A stretch of DNA of 64,000 nucleotides from Nitrosopumilus sp. (GTDB taxonomy: Archaea > Thermoproteota > Nitrososphaeria > Nitrososphaerales > Nitrosopumilaceae): the NCBI GenBank assembly GCA_965214775.1, contig OZ243974.1:2400001-2464000 (forward strand), read 5' to 3'. Shown here in pieces: positions 48,896 to 59,989 of the stretch; position 1 is the stretch's first letter; each line of letters opens with the position of its first letter. The notes beneath the pieces are model-generated. The model ran no database searches and was not told the DNA's origin. It saw only the letters and a program-made list of their open reading frames with translations. Made by a program: the position numbers and the translations under genes.

Positions 48896-50341
48896 GTGGC
48901 AAAGATCAACGGCTATGTCTTAAATGACATCATCAAGGCAGATGGCAAGGATCTTTCAAAATATGTTGCCCCCGACAGCGTGGCATTGACAGTCACGTCC
49001 CCGCCTTATAGAAACGCAATAAACTATTCTCAGCACGTAAAAAACACGAAAAACAAAAAAAATGTCCGTTTTCGTGGGGATGTGGGCCTGAGCACGTCAG
49101 AATATTTGGATGAGATGGAAAAAATTTTCTCAGAGGTATACAAGGTAACAATTTCCGGGGGGTTTTGCTGTATCATAATTGGAGACGAAGTAGACAACGG
49201 CCGGCTGATCCCGTTGCCAAGCTATCTTATTTCCAGGTTGGTAGGTAAAGGCAGCTCCGGGGAAGGGTGGAGACTGCGGGATGTCATAATTTGGAACAAG
49301 GTTACTGCCGGAAGAAACGGTGCAGGAAACAGGTTTGGCATATTCATTCAGCATCCGTTGCCAGGCTATTATCGGAGCAACATAATGCACGAATACATCA
49401 TAATCTTGGAGAAGGGGCCGCAAAGAAGAGAAATTGACAGATCTAGGACAAAAAGACTTCCGCTAAATCGGGCAATGAAGCGGCAGGTCTCCCTTTCCAT
49501 ATGGGATCTTCCGGCAGATAAAGCCGTACTGGAGGAATCAAAGAAATCAGTCTGGGATATCACGCCTGTTCCGCCAAGAGTGATAGATCATCCCGCCGTA
49601 TTTCCAGAACAGATTCCATGGAGGTTGATCAACCTGTATTCCAGGGAGGGTGATGTGATACTAGACCCGATGAACGGAAGCGGCCAGACTACAAAAGTGG
49701 CTCGCAGTCTGAAGCGAAACTATGTCGGAATTGATAAAAGGCTTTCATATGTGAATCTGGCAAAAAAGCGGCTGGAGGAACCGTTCATGCTGTCTAATTT
49801 CATGACTCCGGTATACCTTCCAATAAGATGGTCTGACAGCGAGGAATCAGGCAAAAAAGAGGACGCGCACTTGGATATCTCTGATGTTCCCAAGGGATTC
49901 GGGCATGTCTTCTCAAAGCAATCATCAAATGAGGTGTTGGGAGTCCCTGGAAACTACCTATACTACAAAGACAAGGAGAACAGTTGGATATGTTATATCA
50001 TGGCAAAAAGCAGCATCCCTACAAGAATCAACATCGGAAGTCTTTCAGATCCTAAATCACCACTGCGCACAGTACTAGATGTGTTGCCCGAACAAGCATT
50101 TCACAAGGCACATCTAAACGAAATTCTGCCTGCCAGATTGGTCAAAAACAGGCAGCCCATCAAGGCCGTAATTGATGTTTTAGAACACGAAGGATTTTTG
50201 AAAAGTACTGGCAGAAAGAAGAGGGGGTCAGGGGAGATGTATGTGGTAGCCGTTCCAAAAAAACAAAACAACAACAGTAGAAGACAAATGGTTTCGGGGG
50301 TAGCTGCATCAAAAAAGAAAAATAAAAAGAAAGACCAGTAG
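48896..50341 (+). CDS. N4-C/N6-A DNA methyltransferase (beta order) with C-terminal extension
   Basis: TSPPY, HPAVFP, LDPMNGSGQT. Confidence 0.9.
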   Translation: MAKINGYVLNDIIKADGKDLSKYVAPDSVALTVTSPPYRNAINYSQHVKNTKNKKNVRFRGDVGLSTSEYLDEMEKIFSEVYKVTISGGFCCIIIGDEVDNGRLIPLPSYLISRLVGKGSSGEGWRLRDVIIWNKVTAGRNGAGNRFGIFIQHPLPGYYRSNIMHEYIIILEKGPQRREIDRSRTKRLPLNRAMKRQVSLSIWDLPADKAVLEESKKSVWDITPVPPRVIDHPAVFPEQIPWRLINLYSREGDVILDPMNGSGQTTKVARSLKRNYVGIDKRLSYVNLAKKRLEEPFMLSNFMTPVYLPIRWSDSEESGKKEDAHLDISDVPKGFGHVFSKQSSNEVLGVPGNYLYYKDKENSWICYIMAKSSIPTRINIGSLSDPKSPLRTVLDVLPEQAFHKAHLNEILPARLVKNRQPIKAVIDVLEHEGFLKSTGRKKRGSGEMYVVAVPKKQNNNSRRQMVSGVAASKKKNKKKDQ

Positions 50342-50638
50342 TTGAAAATGTACCCCGCAAATCCGTCTAGCCGGGATCGTGCAGCCGCCGCCCAACCCCG
50401 ATCCTGTCTGCATCTGGTACACAGAGGCAGCACGAATACAGTACCACAACATACATGAATCAGCTGTGTCATGACGCGGGCCTTTGGATCGGCCGAGTCC
50501 CTCCTGTCAGCCATATGTTGCATACTGCAGACGACACGTAAAACAAAAGCATCCGCATGACAGGATTCCTGCTGACGGTCCGTGGCCTGACGCTCTTGGC
50601 ACAGCGGTACCCCGTCTTGATGCCCCACCTGTTCTGAT

Positions 50639-50798
50639 GTACAACATCTAGTTTGTTGCATAACTTCCTTTTTCATCAAAAAACTCCTGATTTCGATCAC
50701 AAATAGAGTCGAAATCAACCGTGGTTTTTATCTGGATTTATCATTTAGGACGAATTCAAGTAAAAAAATCGAGTTATGCAACAAACTAGATGCTGTAC
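50639..50798. repeat. Composite MITE: GTACA(A/G)CATC tips around IS5-type TIRs
   Basis: TIR GTACA(A/G)CATCTAGTTTGTTGCATAACT. Confidence 0.85.
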
Positions 50799-51238
50799 CT
50801 TTTTTTATGTGTTAACTATGGCAAGACATCTGTAAATGCCGTAGAACTGTTTTTCGCTGAAATTGCTCCTCCGTGTTGCTTACAGTGTTTTTACAGCCAG
50901 CCAATCACAACCCCTTTACTATTTTTTGTTGCGTATAATGACATGGCTCAAAGGTTTTTTGTAACAGGCAGGACTCTGGAAGTTTGGGCATGAATTTTCT
51001 TACTAGCAAATGCCGATCAAAATAGAATTTGTGCATAAAATCACCATCAGAGACGGCTTCCGGAACCCGATCAGTTACTTTCCAAGCCACTCATATATGC
51101 AAGGTATTATGAAAGCAGAACTCTGTCTCCTCCCACTGTGGATTATATGTCTCCTGAATAATTTTTATGTGTTATTATATATACAAAGAGACAAATTTGT
51201 CAAAATCATAAATATGCTGCACACATTACTATTGCTAT

Positions 51239-51928
51239 ATGAATATGCAAGAACACACACAAGTACTTGAAAAGGCAAAAGATGCAATCAGATTTGCACA
51301 AGAGCTGCCTCCCAGTCCAGTCTATGATCTGAAGAATCTGGGAAACACCGTCAGCGTCTCAGCTAGGACCGTAAAAAGAAGACTGATCCGTCTAGAAGAG
51401 TTGGGACTGGCAGATTATAATCGCGGAAAGTTTACAATAAAAAGAGAGGTGATTTCTCAGCCATACACCGTCTTGCAAAACATCATCCCCTCGCTTATGT
51501 CACTCAAAAAAGCCAGAAGGTTTGGACGGCATTACAAACCAACTGATGTCAGCTTTATGAAAAAACATCTGCCAAAAGGCTCAATCATAACACTTGATCA
51601 CAAGGCCCATGAGCTAACAAAGTTTCAGACCCCGCTTAACTTGTATGTCTATGTTGATAATGTGGAAAAGATCTCCAAGTTTTTGAAGAGTCACAGGTTT
51701 CGTGAAGGAAAAAGGGGAAGTGTTGTACTTCTTCCAAAGATTGGCTCTTTTGAAAATCACGTTGAGAGGATCTTTCTTGATTGTGTGGCAAACGGTGGCC
51801 GAAGCTTTCTGGATGCTGCTGCCATCGTGCTAACACACAAGGACATGATAAAAACCAGGGTTCGGTTTGCAGCAGATACAATGCTAAAGGTGCAGGAGGA
51901 CTTGCAAGCAGATGAAACCACTCATTAG
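51239..51928 (+). CDS. wHTH protein, AbiEi-like antitoxin candidate
   Basis: HTH 'VSARTVKRRLIRLEELGL'; overlaps a downstream NTase gene. Confidence 0.65.
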   Translation: MNMQEHTQVLEKAKDAIRFAQELPPSPVYDLKNLGNTVSVSARTVKRRLIRLEELGLADYNRGKFTIKREVISQPYTVLQNIIPSLMSLKKARRFGRHYKPTDVSFMKKHLPKGSIITLDHKAHELTKFQTPLNLYVYVDNVEKISKFLKSHRFREGKRGSVVLLPKIGSFENHVERIFLDCVANGGRSFLDAAAIVLTHKDMIKTRVRFAADTMLKVQEDLQADETTH

Positions 51929-52422
51929 AGAAGCCGTATCCATTTCTCAGGACTTTGGAACCGCCACATTTATCGGGGCAATTGCAGTAATGCTGCATAC
52001 TGACGAACAACGGCAGTCCCAGTATCTGGACTTTGTTGTTGCCGAGCAAATAACAACTGACGAGTTTTTGGCCAAGGGATACAAAATTGATCAGCAGAGA
52101 CAAAAAAATCACACCGAGAGGATACAAGATTGACGTGTATCATGAGCGGAACCTAAATGGCATTCCACTTGGTTACATCGTAAAGACAGCAGCGACAATT
52201 GTAGTAGACATGAAGAAGGGAACCACAGTCAATGCCATCTCCTTGGAGGGATTGATTGTTGCAAAGTTTAGGGCAGGACGTGACCAAGATATTGAGGATC
52301 TGCAGAGGCTGGCAGTTCGTTGCGGGCCAAAAATCGACTGGAGCAAGGTCAAAGAACTTGCAAAATCCGATACGGAGTACTCTGGAATAGAGCAGGCAAT
52401 CCGTCTTTACATTACTCGGTGA
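51912..52422 (+). pseudogene. Frameshifted DUF6036/AbiEii-like nucleotidyltransferase
   Basis: 'IGAIAVMLH...RQSQYLDFVV' in one frame, 'IDV...LIVAK.RAGR.QD.ED' in another; shift near 52095. Confidence 0.7.
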
Positions 52423-52508
52423 CGTGCCTGAAACTGACTCTGGTTTACCCACATCTGGTTCAGACCATTCAAAAGATAACTAGTAAAGAAATATTGTAAA
52501 ACTGTGGA

Positions 52509-53489
52509 TTGATCTGTGAATGCCCGGATCACCAGAACCGAAAGGCAGACTGCAAGCACATCAAGGTCATACTGGAGCTTGTCAGAAGGAACGTGTTCGG
52601 ACACGAGGGGTTCGGGATGATGGAAAGGTCGAAACTCGGGCTGTGCAAGTTCTGCAATTCGGGCAATATCGTAAAGGCAGGTATGAAAAAGAACAAAGCC
52701 AAAACTATGCAGATGTTCAAATGTCAAGACTGCAAGAAGCGATTTACTGCAAACTTTGGATTCGAGAAAAAGCAGTATGACGACAGGATCATTACCGGAG
52801 CCCTGCAGATGTACTATACCAGAATGTCTGTCGGGGACATCGCGGATCACTATGAGATGATGGGAACCGACGTGTCATTTAAGGCCACATACAATTGCAT
52901 TGACGAATATTTCAGACTTGCGGCCGGATACCTCAGCGGCATAGTCCCAAGGGTCGGCTCATGGTTCCGGGCTGATGAGGTGTGGGTCAAAATAAACGGC
53001 AGGCAGTGCTGCCTTTTTGCCTCGATGGATGACGATACCCGGTACTGGCTGGCCTCGGATCTGGCAACAACCAAGTTCCAACACAATGCCGATTCCCTCT
53101 TGGACATGACCAAGAGGCAGGCAGGAAAGAATCCTAGGAATTTCATCACAGACGGGCTTCCAGCCTATGCCAAGTCCTCAAGGAAGGTATTTGGAAAGGG
53201 CACAAACCACGTAAAGCACATTCACCTGGCAGGCAAGCGTGACCGTGACAATAACAACAAGATGGAGAGGCTCAACGGCGAGATTAGAGACCGTGAGAAG
53301 GTGTTCAGGGGCCTCAAAAAGACAGACACTGCAATTCTTGACGGAATGAGGGTCTATTACAATTTCACAAAAAAGCACGGCGCACTGAGCGGCCAGACCC
53401 CGGCAGAATCGGCCCTGATAAACGTGGACGGTACAAACAAGTGGAAGACGATCATTCAAAATGCCTCACTAAGCAAGAGCTATGTTTAG
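52509..53489 (+). CDS. IS6-family (IS240-like) transposase with SWIM/Zn-ribbon N-terminus, probably 5'-truncated
   Basis: CECPD..CKH, ADEVWVK, ITDGL, NNKMER, YYNF. Confidence 0.85.
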   Translation: MICECPDHQNRKADCKHIKVILELVRRNVFGHEGFGMMERSKLGLCKFCNSGNIVKAGMKKNKAKTMQMFKCQDCKKRFTANFGFEKKQYDDRIITGALQMYYTRMSVGDIADHYEMMGTDVSFKATYNCIDEYFRLAAGYLSGIVPRVGSWFRADEVWVKINGRQCCLFASMDDDTRYWLASDLATTKFQHNADSLLDMTKRQAGKNPRNFITDGLPAYAKSSRKVFGKGTNHVKHIHLAGKRDRDNNNKMERLNGEIRDREKVFRGLKKTDTAILDGMRVYYNFTKKHGALSGQTPAESALINVDGTNKWKTIIQNASLSKSYV

Positions 53490-53827
53490 GCACAAATTCC
53501 AATCTGGAGAAGATCGTGATTTCATGCCTATATCACCAAGAGTACACAGAACCCTAGGAATCTAGGAAGTATTTGCTTGCCAGCATAAATAGGATCTGAA
53601 GTTGTACACTTTTTCTATGTTGTTCATTATTCGTGAACTGTCTGCAGAATCCTATTTCCGCGTTATGTAAGGAACAGCCTAAAATCATCCCGCATGTGCA
53701 TATCAGAACATATGCCAGACCAAACCATGATCAAAAAAATTAAACTGCAGACTTCCCATCGGTTTTAAACAAGGCATCTCCGGCTCAAAGACGCACAGGC
53801 ATGCCTTTTCAGATCCCCCCGCAAGTT

Positions 53828-54502
53828 CTAAATGAAAACGTCTGATCTTTTCTCAGCAATCTGCCGTTTCAGATTGTCTGGAACATCGGGAATCGTAGAC
53901 TTTGTCTTGCCTGCAATTACGTTGTGCGCCTCTTCCAGTATTGCAAGCGTGTCTGCATTGGTCTCTGTTCTGATGTCAAAGGAGTTGGGGGCTTCTGCTC
54001 CTACCGATGATCCTGACATCACGTCTCCTAGCACCTGTGAGAGGTCCTGCATTGACGCGTTTGCCTCAGGCATAATCCCGCTTAATGACGGAGTCAGCCC
54101 TTTGATGATTGACATGCACGGGCTAAGCGTCACTACTACGTCTCCAAGCTCCGAGACCGTGTCTAGCCTCAGCTTGATCTGTTCCATGGACAGCCTTGCC
54201 CCGCTGATCATGTTCTTCATTTTTCTTACCTGGGCCAATTCGCCGGCATAGGCTTGGGCATAGCCGTTTTTGTTGTTTCTTTGGGCATTTACTATTTTTT
54301 CAAAAATCACGTCATGTTTTTTGCGCAGTTTTTCATCAATTCCTTCCAGTTTTGATATCTGAAACTGTAGTTTTTTTTGCGCAAAATCAATCCTGTTTTT
54401 CAGGGGCTCGTCAGGCTTTACCCTGTCCATGACTTTCTGGGAGATGCTTTTTCCCCCGCCTGTGCCTGTCCAAGAACTGCTCAACATGCCTGAATTACCC
54501 AT
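53828..54502 (-). CDS. ESCRT-III/Snf7 (CdvB-family) protein
   Basis: 'YAGELAQVRKM...EQIKLRLDTVSELGD...LSP...MPEA', 'ILEEA'. Confidence 0.9.
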   Translation of the reverse strand: MGNSGMLSSSWTGTGGGKSISQKVMDRVKPDEPLKNRIDFAQKKLQFQISKLEGIDEKLRKKHDVIFEKIVNAQRNNKNGYAQAYAGELAQVRKMKNMISGARLSMEQIKLRLDTVSELGDVVVTLSPCMSIIKGLTPSLSGIMPEANASMQDLSQVLGDVMSGSSVGAEAPNSFDIRTETNADTLAILEEAHNVIAGKTKSTIPDVPDNLKRQIAEKRSDVFI

Positions 54503-54699
54503 TCTGGTTCCAAATCTTTCTTTTAAAGAGATTTGTAACTGCGGCAAGTGTCACCGGAGTGACATGTGACTGCAGTTACATATCATCATCATCATCATCA
54601 TGTAAGAGTTTACCCCTCCTCCGCATAATTTAGATTGAACACAAGGCCAATTTTTGATCACCATCTGGATCCATATGCGTCTAGACCACACCTGTATTC

Positions 54700-55161
54700 A
54701 TGCCTGATTTAGAGACCAAGATATTGCGCGACGAGCTGGCCCGCACCATAGCCGAATTAGGCAGGAAGGATAGGATCATCGCAGACAAGGATCTTACAAT
54801 AGTCGGGCTTACCGAACAGCTGGCCGAGGTCACGGCAGGAAAGACGATGCTGACAGCAGGAAAGACGATGCTGACAGCAGGAAACCAGCAGTTCAAACAG
54901 CACATCAAATACTACGAAAACCCGCACACCCCCTCATCGCAGAACTCGATTCCGACCAGGCAGAAAAAGACTGCTGCTGCAAAGGCATCAGGCAACGTAC
55001 CGGCATCTGCAAAGGCAAAGCCGGGCCGCAGGCAAGGACACAAGGGAGTATCACACAAGAAGATGCCGACTGAATTTGTAAAGGATGAACCCGTATTTCT
55101 GAAGCGTTTCACTGCCGCTTATCGCTATGCCATTTATTATAAGCAGGACGCGGTCCTGTGA
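54700..55161 (+). pseudogene. N-terminal fragment of IS66 transposase
   Basis: Coiled coil, 'YYENPHTPSS', 'KPGRRQGHKG'; no DDE domain. Confidence 0.75.
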
Positions 55162-55238
55162 TTTTATGTCCAATGGTATGGTAGTGTAAAATTCATTTTT
55201 AATGCCGGAAATGAATGCGTTCTTGCCAAAGCCGGTGA

Positions 55239-55977
55239 TCATGCCTGCTTCTCATCCGGCATGCCCCCGAGAAACCTCTCCATCTCCCTGCGCATCGACC
55301 CGGGTGATGCCTTGTTGATTCTCAGGTGACCTGCCCACCGGCGTCCGGGGTACAGTGTATCCCACCTGCTGCGCAAGCCGTGCCTGCGGCCTACCCCAGG
55401 ATCGTGGTTCCCAAAGCCGTCCAGGCACATGTTCCATACCGGCCTGTAGTGATCTAGCATGAATCTCTCCGACTGGGTGATCCATACCGGTACGACTGCC
55501 ATGTGCCTACATGTAAAGTCGGCAACATCAAGGCCACCTGAGAGTTGATTCGAAATTAACAAACTCTGATTATTTGTCAACGAATTTGTATAGAACGGCT
55601 CAAAACACCAACAAAATACAAACTATCTGTGCAATTACATGAAAAATTCACATTGTTTCTAATTTCGGATCATCTCTCTGCGGCCTCTATGGACTTGCGG
55701 TGTTCTGACAGCCTTCTCTGCAGCGTCCCTGCCGCATCCTGCCTTGTAGGACCGGCTCCCTTGCGCGTGCCCTGCGGGCCGCCTTGCCGGTGTATATCGG
55801 CCTGCCGCCCAGCTTCCCGTACTCTGAGTCCCCGCCGGAATAGTACAGTGCGTATATTCCGGATCCGTAGACCTTTCTGATGCCTCCAAGCGGAACCTTT
55901 GGTCTCCTCTCAAAGTTGTATACGAGTCCTGCCATGAGGTTCTCGTACGTGAGCGGATCGTATTCCCGTGATCTCAC
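55239..55977 (-). pseudogene. Eco29kI-family GIY-YIG restriction endonuclease, frameshifted and MITE-interrupted
   Basis: 'GIYALYY...PIYTGKA', shifted 'PQGTRKG...RLSEHRKSI', then 'PVWN..LDGFGNHDPG.GR...WDTLYPGRRWA'; MITE 55541-55677 with CTG TSD. Confidence 0.88.
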
Positions 55978-57296
55978 GTCTTTCTCATCTCCACTACCGA
56001 CTCGTACAGCCTCCCGCTGCCTGCTGTCGCCCTGACCGAGGAGCCCACTATGCTGCTTCCCGTCCTGACATGGCGCGGCGTGTGGATTCCTACCGTCTCC
56101 ATTCCGGCATCCTCTGATATTGACGCTAGGAACCTATCCGTTGGGACGTCGACCCCCTGCAGTATGCTGTTGCCTATGACTATGATCGCCGTGCCGCCCC
56201 TCCTGAGACACCGTCTGGCCGCCCTGGCAAACCTCAGGCAGTCGTTAAGGTACAGCGCGGCATAGTTTGCCCATCCACGGCCCCCGTATGCGCCGCGATC
56301 CGGGTGTTTAGACCTTATTCTTTCAAGCGTGTCTAGTATGTCCGGATCGCTGATGGACGCGTCTAGGTTCACCACGTCCATGTACCTAGCATTCTGCCAA
56401 TAGGTCCCAAAGTTCATCGCATCCGTCCGCTTTATCTCTGATGTCGAGGCGCACAGCCCCAGCCAGTACATGTGCGGCCTGGTATTTCGGACATAGTGGT
56501 AGTTGTTGAGGTACGGCGGGGATGTGACGATGAGATCCACGCTGCCGTCTCCTATGGCCCCGCCCCCCTCCAGAAACGACTCTTCTGAGACGGTTCCGGG
56601 CCCGCGCCGGCTGCGGCCGCCTGCACGCGATGCTGCATACCAGTCCATGTCATCTGCCATGAGATTTACCTTGGATGCCACGGCGCCTGCAACGTCAAAG
56701 TCGGCCACCTCCGGGCGCCCGGCTGCCGCCCTGCGCCCCAGGCTGGGCTCGTATGAATAGTTTGAAAACCCCACCATCAGGGAGGCAAAGGCCAACCTAA
56801 ACGCGTCGGCCACCTGTTGTTGCCCCTGCTGCATTCCTATAAAGTCCATCACCTGCAGCGCCTTTCTTTCCACCGGCGGGCTATAAAACGGCGACTTTGT
56901 CCTGAATCCCTCCGGCGGCCGCGACGCGGGCTCGCCTGCCGAGCCCATAAAGCGTACAAATTCTGCGGCCGTCCTGCGCAGCAGATCAGTATCCGTCATG
57001 TATGATTTGAGCTTGACTGCAGAGACTAGTCGCGCGTACGGGTTGATCTCAAATCCTGCCGTCTGGCATCCTGCAAGGTCGGCCTCCACCAGCGTCGTGC
57101 CCACCCCTGCAAAGGGGTCAAGTACGGTATCGGCATCCCCTGCAAACCTGGAGATTGCATCTGCTGCAAAGTGCTTGGAGAATCCTGCCACCCATCCGGT
57201 CCAGCGATGCACCGGCTCGTCCCTGTTGGCGGCAAAGGCGGGATCGCAGAATCCTGCAGTACCGTGCACCTGTCCTGCCGCAAGCCTGGCCCCCAT
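55974..57296 (-). CDS. Amino-DNA methyltransferase (probably m4C, alpha order)
   Basis: 'VLDPFAGVGTT' precedes 'TSPPY'; overlaps the nuclease start. Confidence 0.88.
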   Translation of the reverse strand: MGARLAAGQVHGTAGFCDPAFAANRDEPVHRWTGWVAGFSKHFAADAISRFAGDADTVLDPFAGVGTTLVEADLAGCQTAGFEINPYARLVSAVKLKSYMTDTDLLRRTAAEFVRFMGSAGEPASRPPEGFRTKSPFYSPPVERKALQVMDFIGMQQGQQQVADAFRLAFASLMVGFSNYSYEPSLGRRAAAGRPEVADFDVAGAVASKVNLMADDMDWYAASRAGGRSRRGPGTVSEESFLEGGGAIGDGSVDLIVTSPPYLNNYHYVRNTRPHMYWLGLCASTSEIKRTDAMNFGTYWQNARYMDVVNLDASISDPDILDTLERIRSKHPDRGAYGGRGWANYAALYLNDCLRFARAARRCLRRGGTAIIVIGNSILQGVDVPTDRFLASISEDAGMETVGIHTPRHVRTGSSIVGSSVRATAGSGRLYESVVEMRKT

Positions 57297-57340
57297 GCCA
57301 TGTACTGGCGCGCTGTGCTTAAAATCCTTTCAGTGGAATG

Positions 57341-58539
57341 GGGGTTGTCCAAAAAATTTCCAAGAGGCTGCAATAATCTGCCAGTCTGCCCCCGTATGTA
57401 TGTAAATTCAGATGCAGAACGGGACATTTTCGGCCGGCCATGCGCAAAAGGCAACGTAAATATCCATGCGGGCCATACCTTACGGTAGTGCTGCGGTTCA
57501 ACAACAGTACGGAATTATGATAAAAAATTATACCGTAAGGTTGTAGCACAACACGCGAGCGAACAGCTCGACTGTAATGGTTCCGTCCAGCTTTGAGCGC
57601 AGGACGGATCCAGTCCTTTCCTTCATTGCCGAGAACAGGGCCTCTACCTGGCTCCTCATGTGATAGGCGCGCCAGAACTCGTCTGGCCTGTCACGCAGCC
57701 ACTGCAGCATCTTGGCCCGGGCACTGAACCCGCGGGGCTTTTCGTTTCCCTTTGCCGGCTTTATGGCAGGTCCGCGGCCGCTTTTTGCAATCAGCTCGCA
57801 GTTTTTGTACGAATCGTATGCCGAATCCAGCGCCACTATGCCGTATCCTCCCTTTGGAATGCGGGAAAACATGCGGGCAAACTCCGGCGAGTCGGACGAT
57901 GTGCCAGGCGTGGCCTCAAATGACAGTATCCTGCCTCCTACTGCGCCTACTATGTGCAGCTTTGCAAAGTCGTGTCCTGTCATCTCCCCGTACTTGGCAT
58001 GATGCCAGCTCTTGTACTTGCGGAGGCCAAACCCCGTCGAGTCGCCGTGCAGGTCCGCTATGCGCTCGCCGTCTGACATGGCCAGCACGACCTCGTCCAT
58101 AAAGTCCTTGCCCATTTCCCAGAGCATCTTCACCCTGTTGTGCAGGGTGGACTTGGAGAGTGTGTGGTCTAGGCCGCACCTCCTGAGATCGTCCGGATTT
58201 GTCTCCAGATGCGTGGCCATGATCCTGTAGGACAGGTGGTTCTCGATCCTGAGGATCGCAATGCGTATGGCAGACCATGCAAGTTTGGCATCGATTCCCG
58301 TCTTGGCTGCCATCTTCTTGGCCACCCTGCGCACGATCTTTCCCAGGTTCTTCCTTGCCCTCTTCTTGCGTGGGCTCTCCTGCCTGCGCTTTTGCTCGTA
58401 GAGTCGGTAGTATTCTGTGTTCTTTCTGTTGTTACTCATTGAAATAGCTAGGATCGGCTGATCAAAATTGTTTTCGGCGTATTACGCCCATGATCTATAA
58501 GCTTAGCGGTCATTTTGAGGAAATTTTTTGGACAACCCC
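57341..58539 (-). mobile_element. IS5/IS4-like element with 9-bp TSD
   Basis: 21-bp TIR GGGGTTGTCCAAAAAATTTCC; AGTGGAATG duplicated. Confidence 0.9.
57528..58439 (-). CDS. DDE_Tnp_1 transposase
   Basis: DSTG, KLH, DSAYDS, YHMRSQVE..FS..K. Confidence 0.9.
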   Translation of the reverse strand: MSNNRKNTEYYRLYEQKRRQESPRKKRARKNLGKIVRRVAKKMAAKTGIDAKLAWSAIRIAILRIENHLSYRIMATHLETNPDDLRRCGLDHTLSKSTLHNRVKMLWEMGKDFMDEVVLAMSDGERIADLHGDSTGFGLRKYKSWHHAKYGEMTGHDFAKLHIVGAVGGRILSFEATPGTSSDSPEFARMFSRIPKGGYGIVALDSAYDSYKNCELIAKSGRGPAIKPAKGNEKPRGFSARAKMLQWLRDRPDEFWRAYHMRSQVEALFSAMKERTGSVLRSKLDGTITVELFARVLCYNLTV

Positions 58540-58852
58540 AGTGGAATGACTGCAATGTAGCCCGTTGTTTCATGCAATGTGTGACTGCGGCATCCAATGC
58601 CTTGTTGATTGGGATTCAAGGATGGAATTCAGTGTGTGATGCCGTGCCCCCGGCACTGCCTGGCGGGGATCCTGCGAGCCGTTCCCCGCTTAAATGTAAA
58701 GGCGCATCATGTCTGCATTGTACCTTGGAAGGCTTGCCGCAATGGCTCGCGTAAGAGTTTACCCCTCAGGCGACACTGCTGGCCGGGGCCTTCATGGTCA
58801 CTCCTGTCACGTCGTATCTTGAGAGAGGGGTAAACTCTTACCATCATCATCA

Positions 58853-59989
58853 TCATCCAAACGTATATGTGAATATCTGAAAGCCCTTTCCTGCAACGCT
58901 GATCTCCAGTTCGTGTGTGGAGCTTTTGTCGCTGCTAATTATGTTGTAGAGGTTTGGCTCAGAGACCAAAAGCATGCTTGATGGTGATGGTAGATCCGAA
59001 CCCGCGTATCTGGCCGGAACCGGTTCCCCGTCAAGCAGAACCGTCAAGCTTGCATCCCCGCTAGTCACGATGTTTACCTCTTTTGCGTTATACAGCAGCC
59101 TGATTGACCCTGTTTCTGAAATCAGTTCCATGCTCTCGCCGTGATTCTTCCATTCTCCCACAGGATAAAAGTTATGCAGGCTGATTTTGTCAGGTTCAGA
59201 GTATGACACGGTTTTTCCCGGCCGGAACCCCTCCTCGCTTCCCAACTGGTTTCTATTTTGTGCAAACTTGTAGCCAAAGTACAACTCTGGGGTTCTAAAC
59301 AGCGAGTGCTCAAACTCCTCGATGCTGACTAGCGATGATGCAGACGATGATGCGTCCTGAATCCCCATCGCGTCTGCCCTTTCTTTTAGCAGCTGCTGAA
59401 TCACCTTCTCGGTTTCTTGATATGCCCCCTCCCCGATGTGATCATATCTTATATATCCCTCATGATCTGCAATGTACTTTCTTGGCCAGTACCTGTTTTC
59501 AAATGCCTTCCAAGTTTCCATGTCGTTGTCCATGACTACGGGATATCTGATTCCGTGCTTGTCAATTGACATTTGAACATTGTCCGGATCCTTTTCGAAC
59601 TCAAATTCCGGAGAATGTATCCCGACGATCAACAAACCTTGATCAGAGTACTTGTCATCCCATGCCGTAATGTATGGCAAGGTCCTTATGCAGTTGATGC
59701 AGCTGTATGTCCAAATGTCATACAGCACGACTTTGCCCTTGATCTCTTCTTCTAGTTGTTCAGGCGTGGTGTTCAGATGATGTGCGATTCCGACAATGTC
59801 TGGCGCCGTCTTGAACCAGGACTTGTCAATTTTGCTGACAGCCTCCCCGCCTGTCGTTATGACGCCTGGCCGGACTGTCTTGCCGTCATCATCCAATGTC
59901 GAAAAAACAGCGCCCATTATTCCTACTGCCGCTGCAATTGCAATCCCCAAAACCAATGCCGTCTTAAACTCGCTTTTCATAGATATCAT
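58853..59989 (-). CDS. Membrane-anchored thioredoxin-like redoxin (DipZ C-terminal-like)
   Basis: 'WTYSCINC', 'HSPEFEFEK', 'TPELYFG', 'YTFG'. Confidence 0.9.
   Translation of the reverse strand: MISMKSEFKTALVLGIAIAAAVGIMGAVFSTLDDDGKTVRPGVITTGGEAVSKIDKSWFKTAPDIVGIAHHLNTTPEQLEEEIKGKVVLYDIWTYSCINCIRTLPYITAWDDKYSDQGLLIVGIHSPEFEFEKDPDNVQMSIDKHGIRYPVVMDNDMETWKAFENRYWPRKYIADHEGYIRYDHIGEGAYQETEKVIQQLLKERADAMGIQDASSSASSLVSIEEFEHSLFRTPELYFGYKFAQNRNQLGSEEGFRPGKTVSYSEPDKISLHNFYPVGEWKNHGESMELISETGSIRLLYNAKEVNIVTSGDASLTVLLDGEPVPARYAGSDLPSPSSMLLVSEPNLYNIISSDKSSTHELEISVAGKGFQIFTYTFG

Larger units (their letters stand above)
54602..58841. mobile_element. IS66-end-bounded composite element carrying R-M genes
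   Basis: 17-bp TIR GTAAGAGTTTACCCCTC at 54602, inverted at 58825-58841, third copy at 58751; (CAT)n on both outer flanks. Confidence 0.7.
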
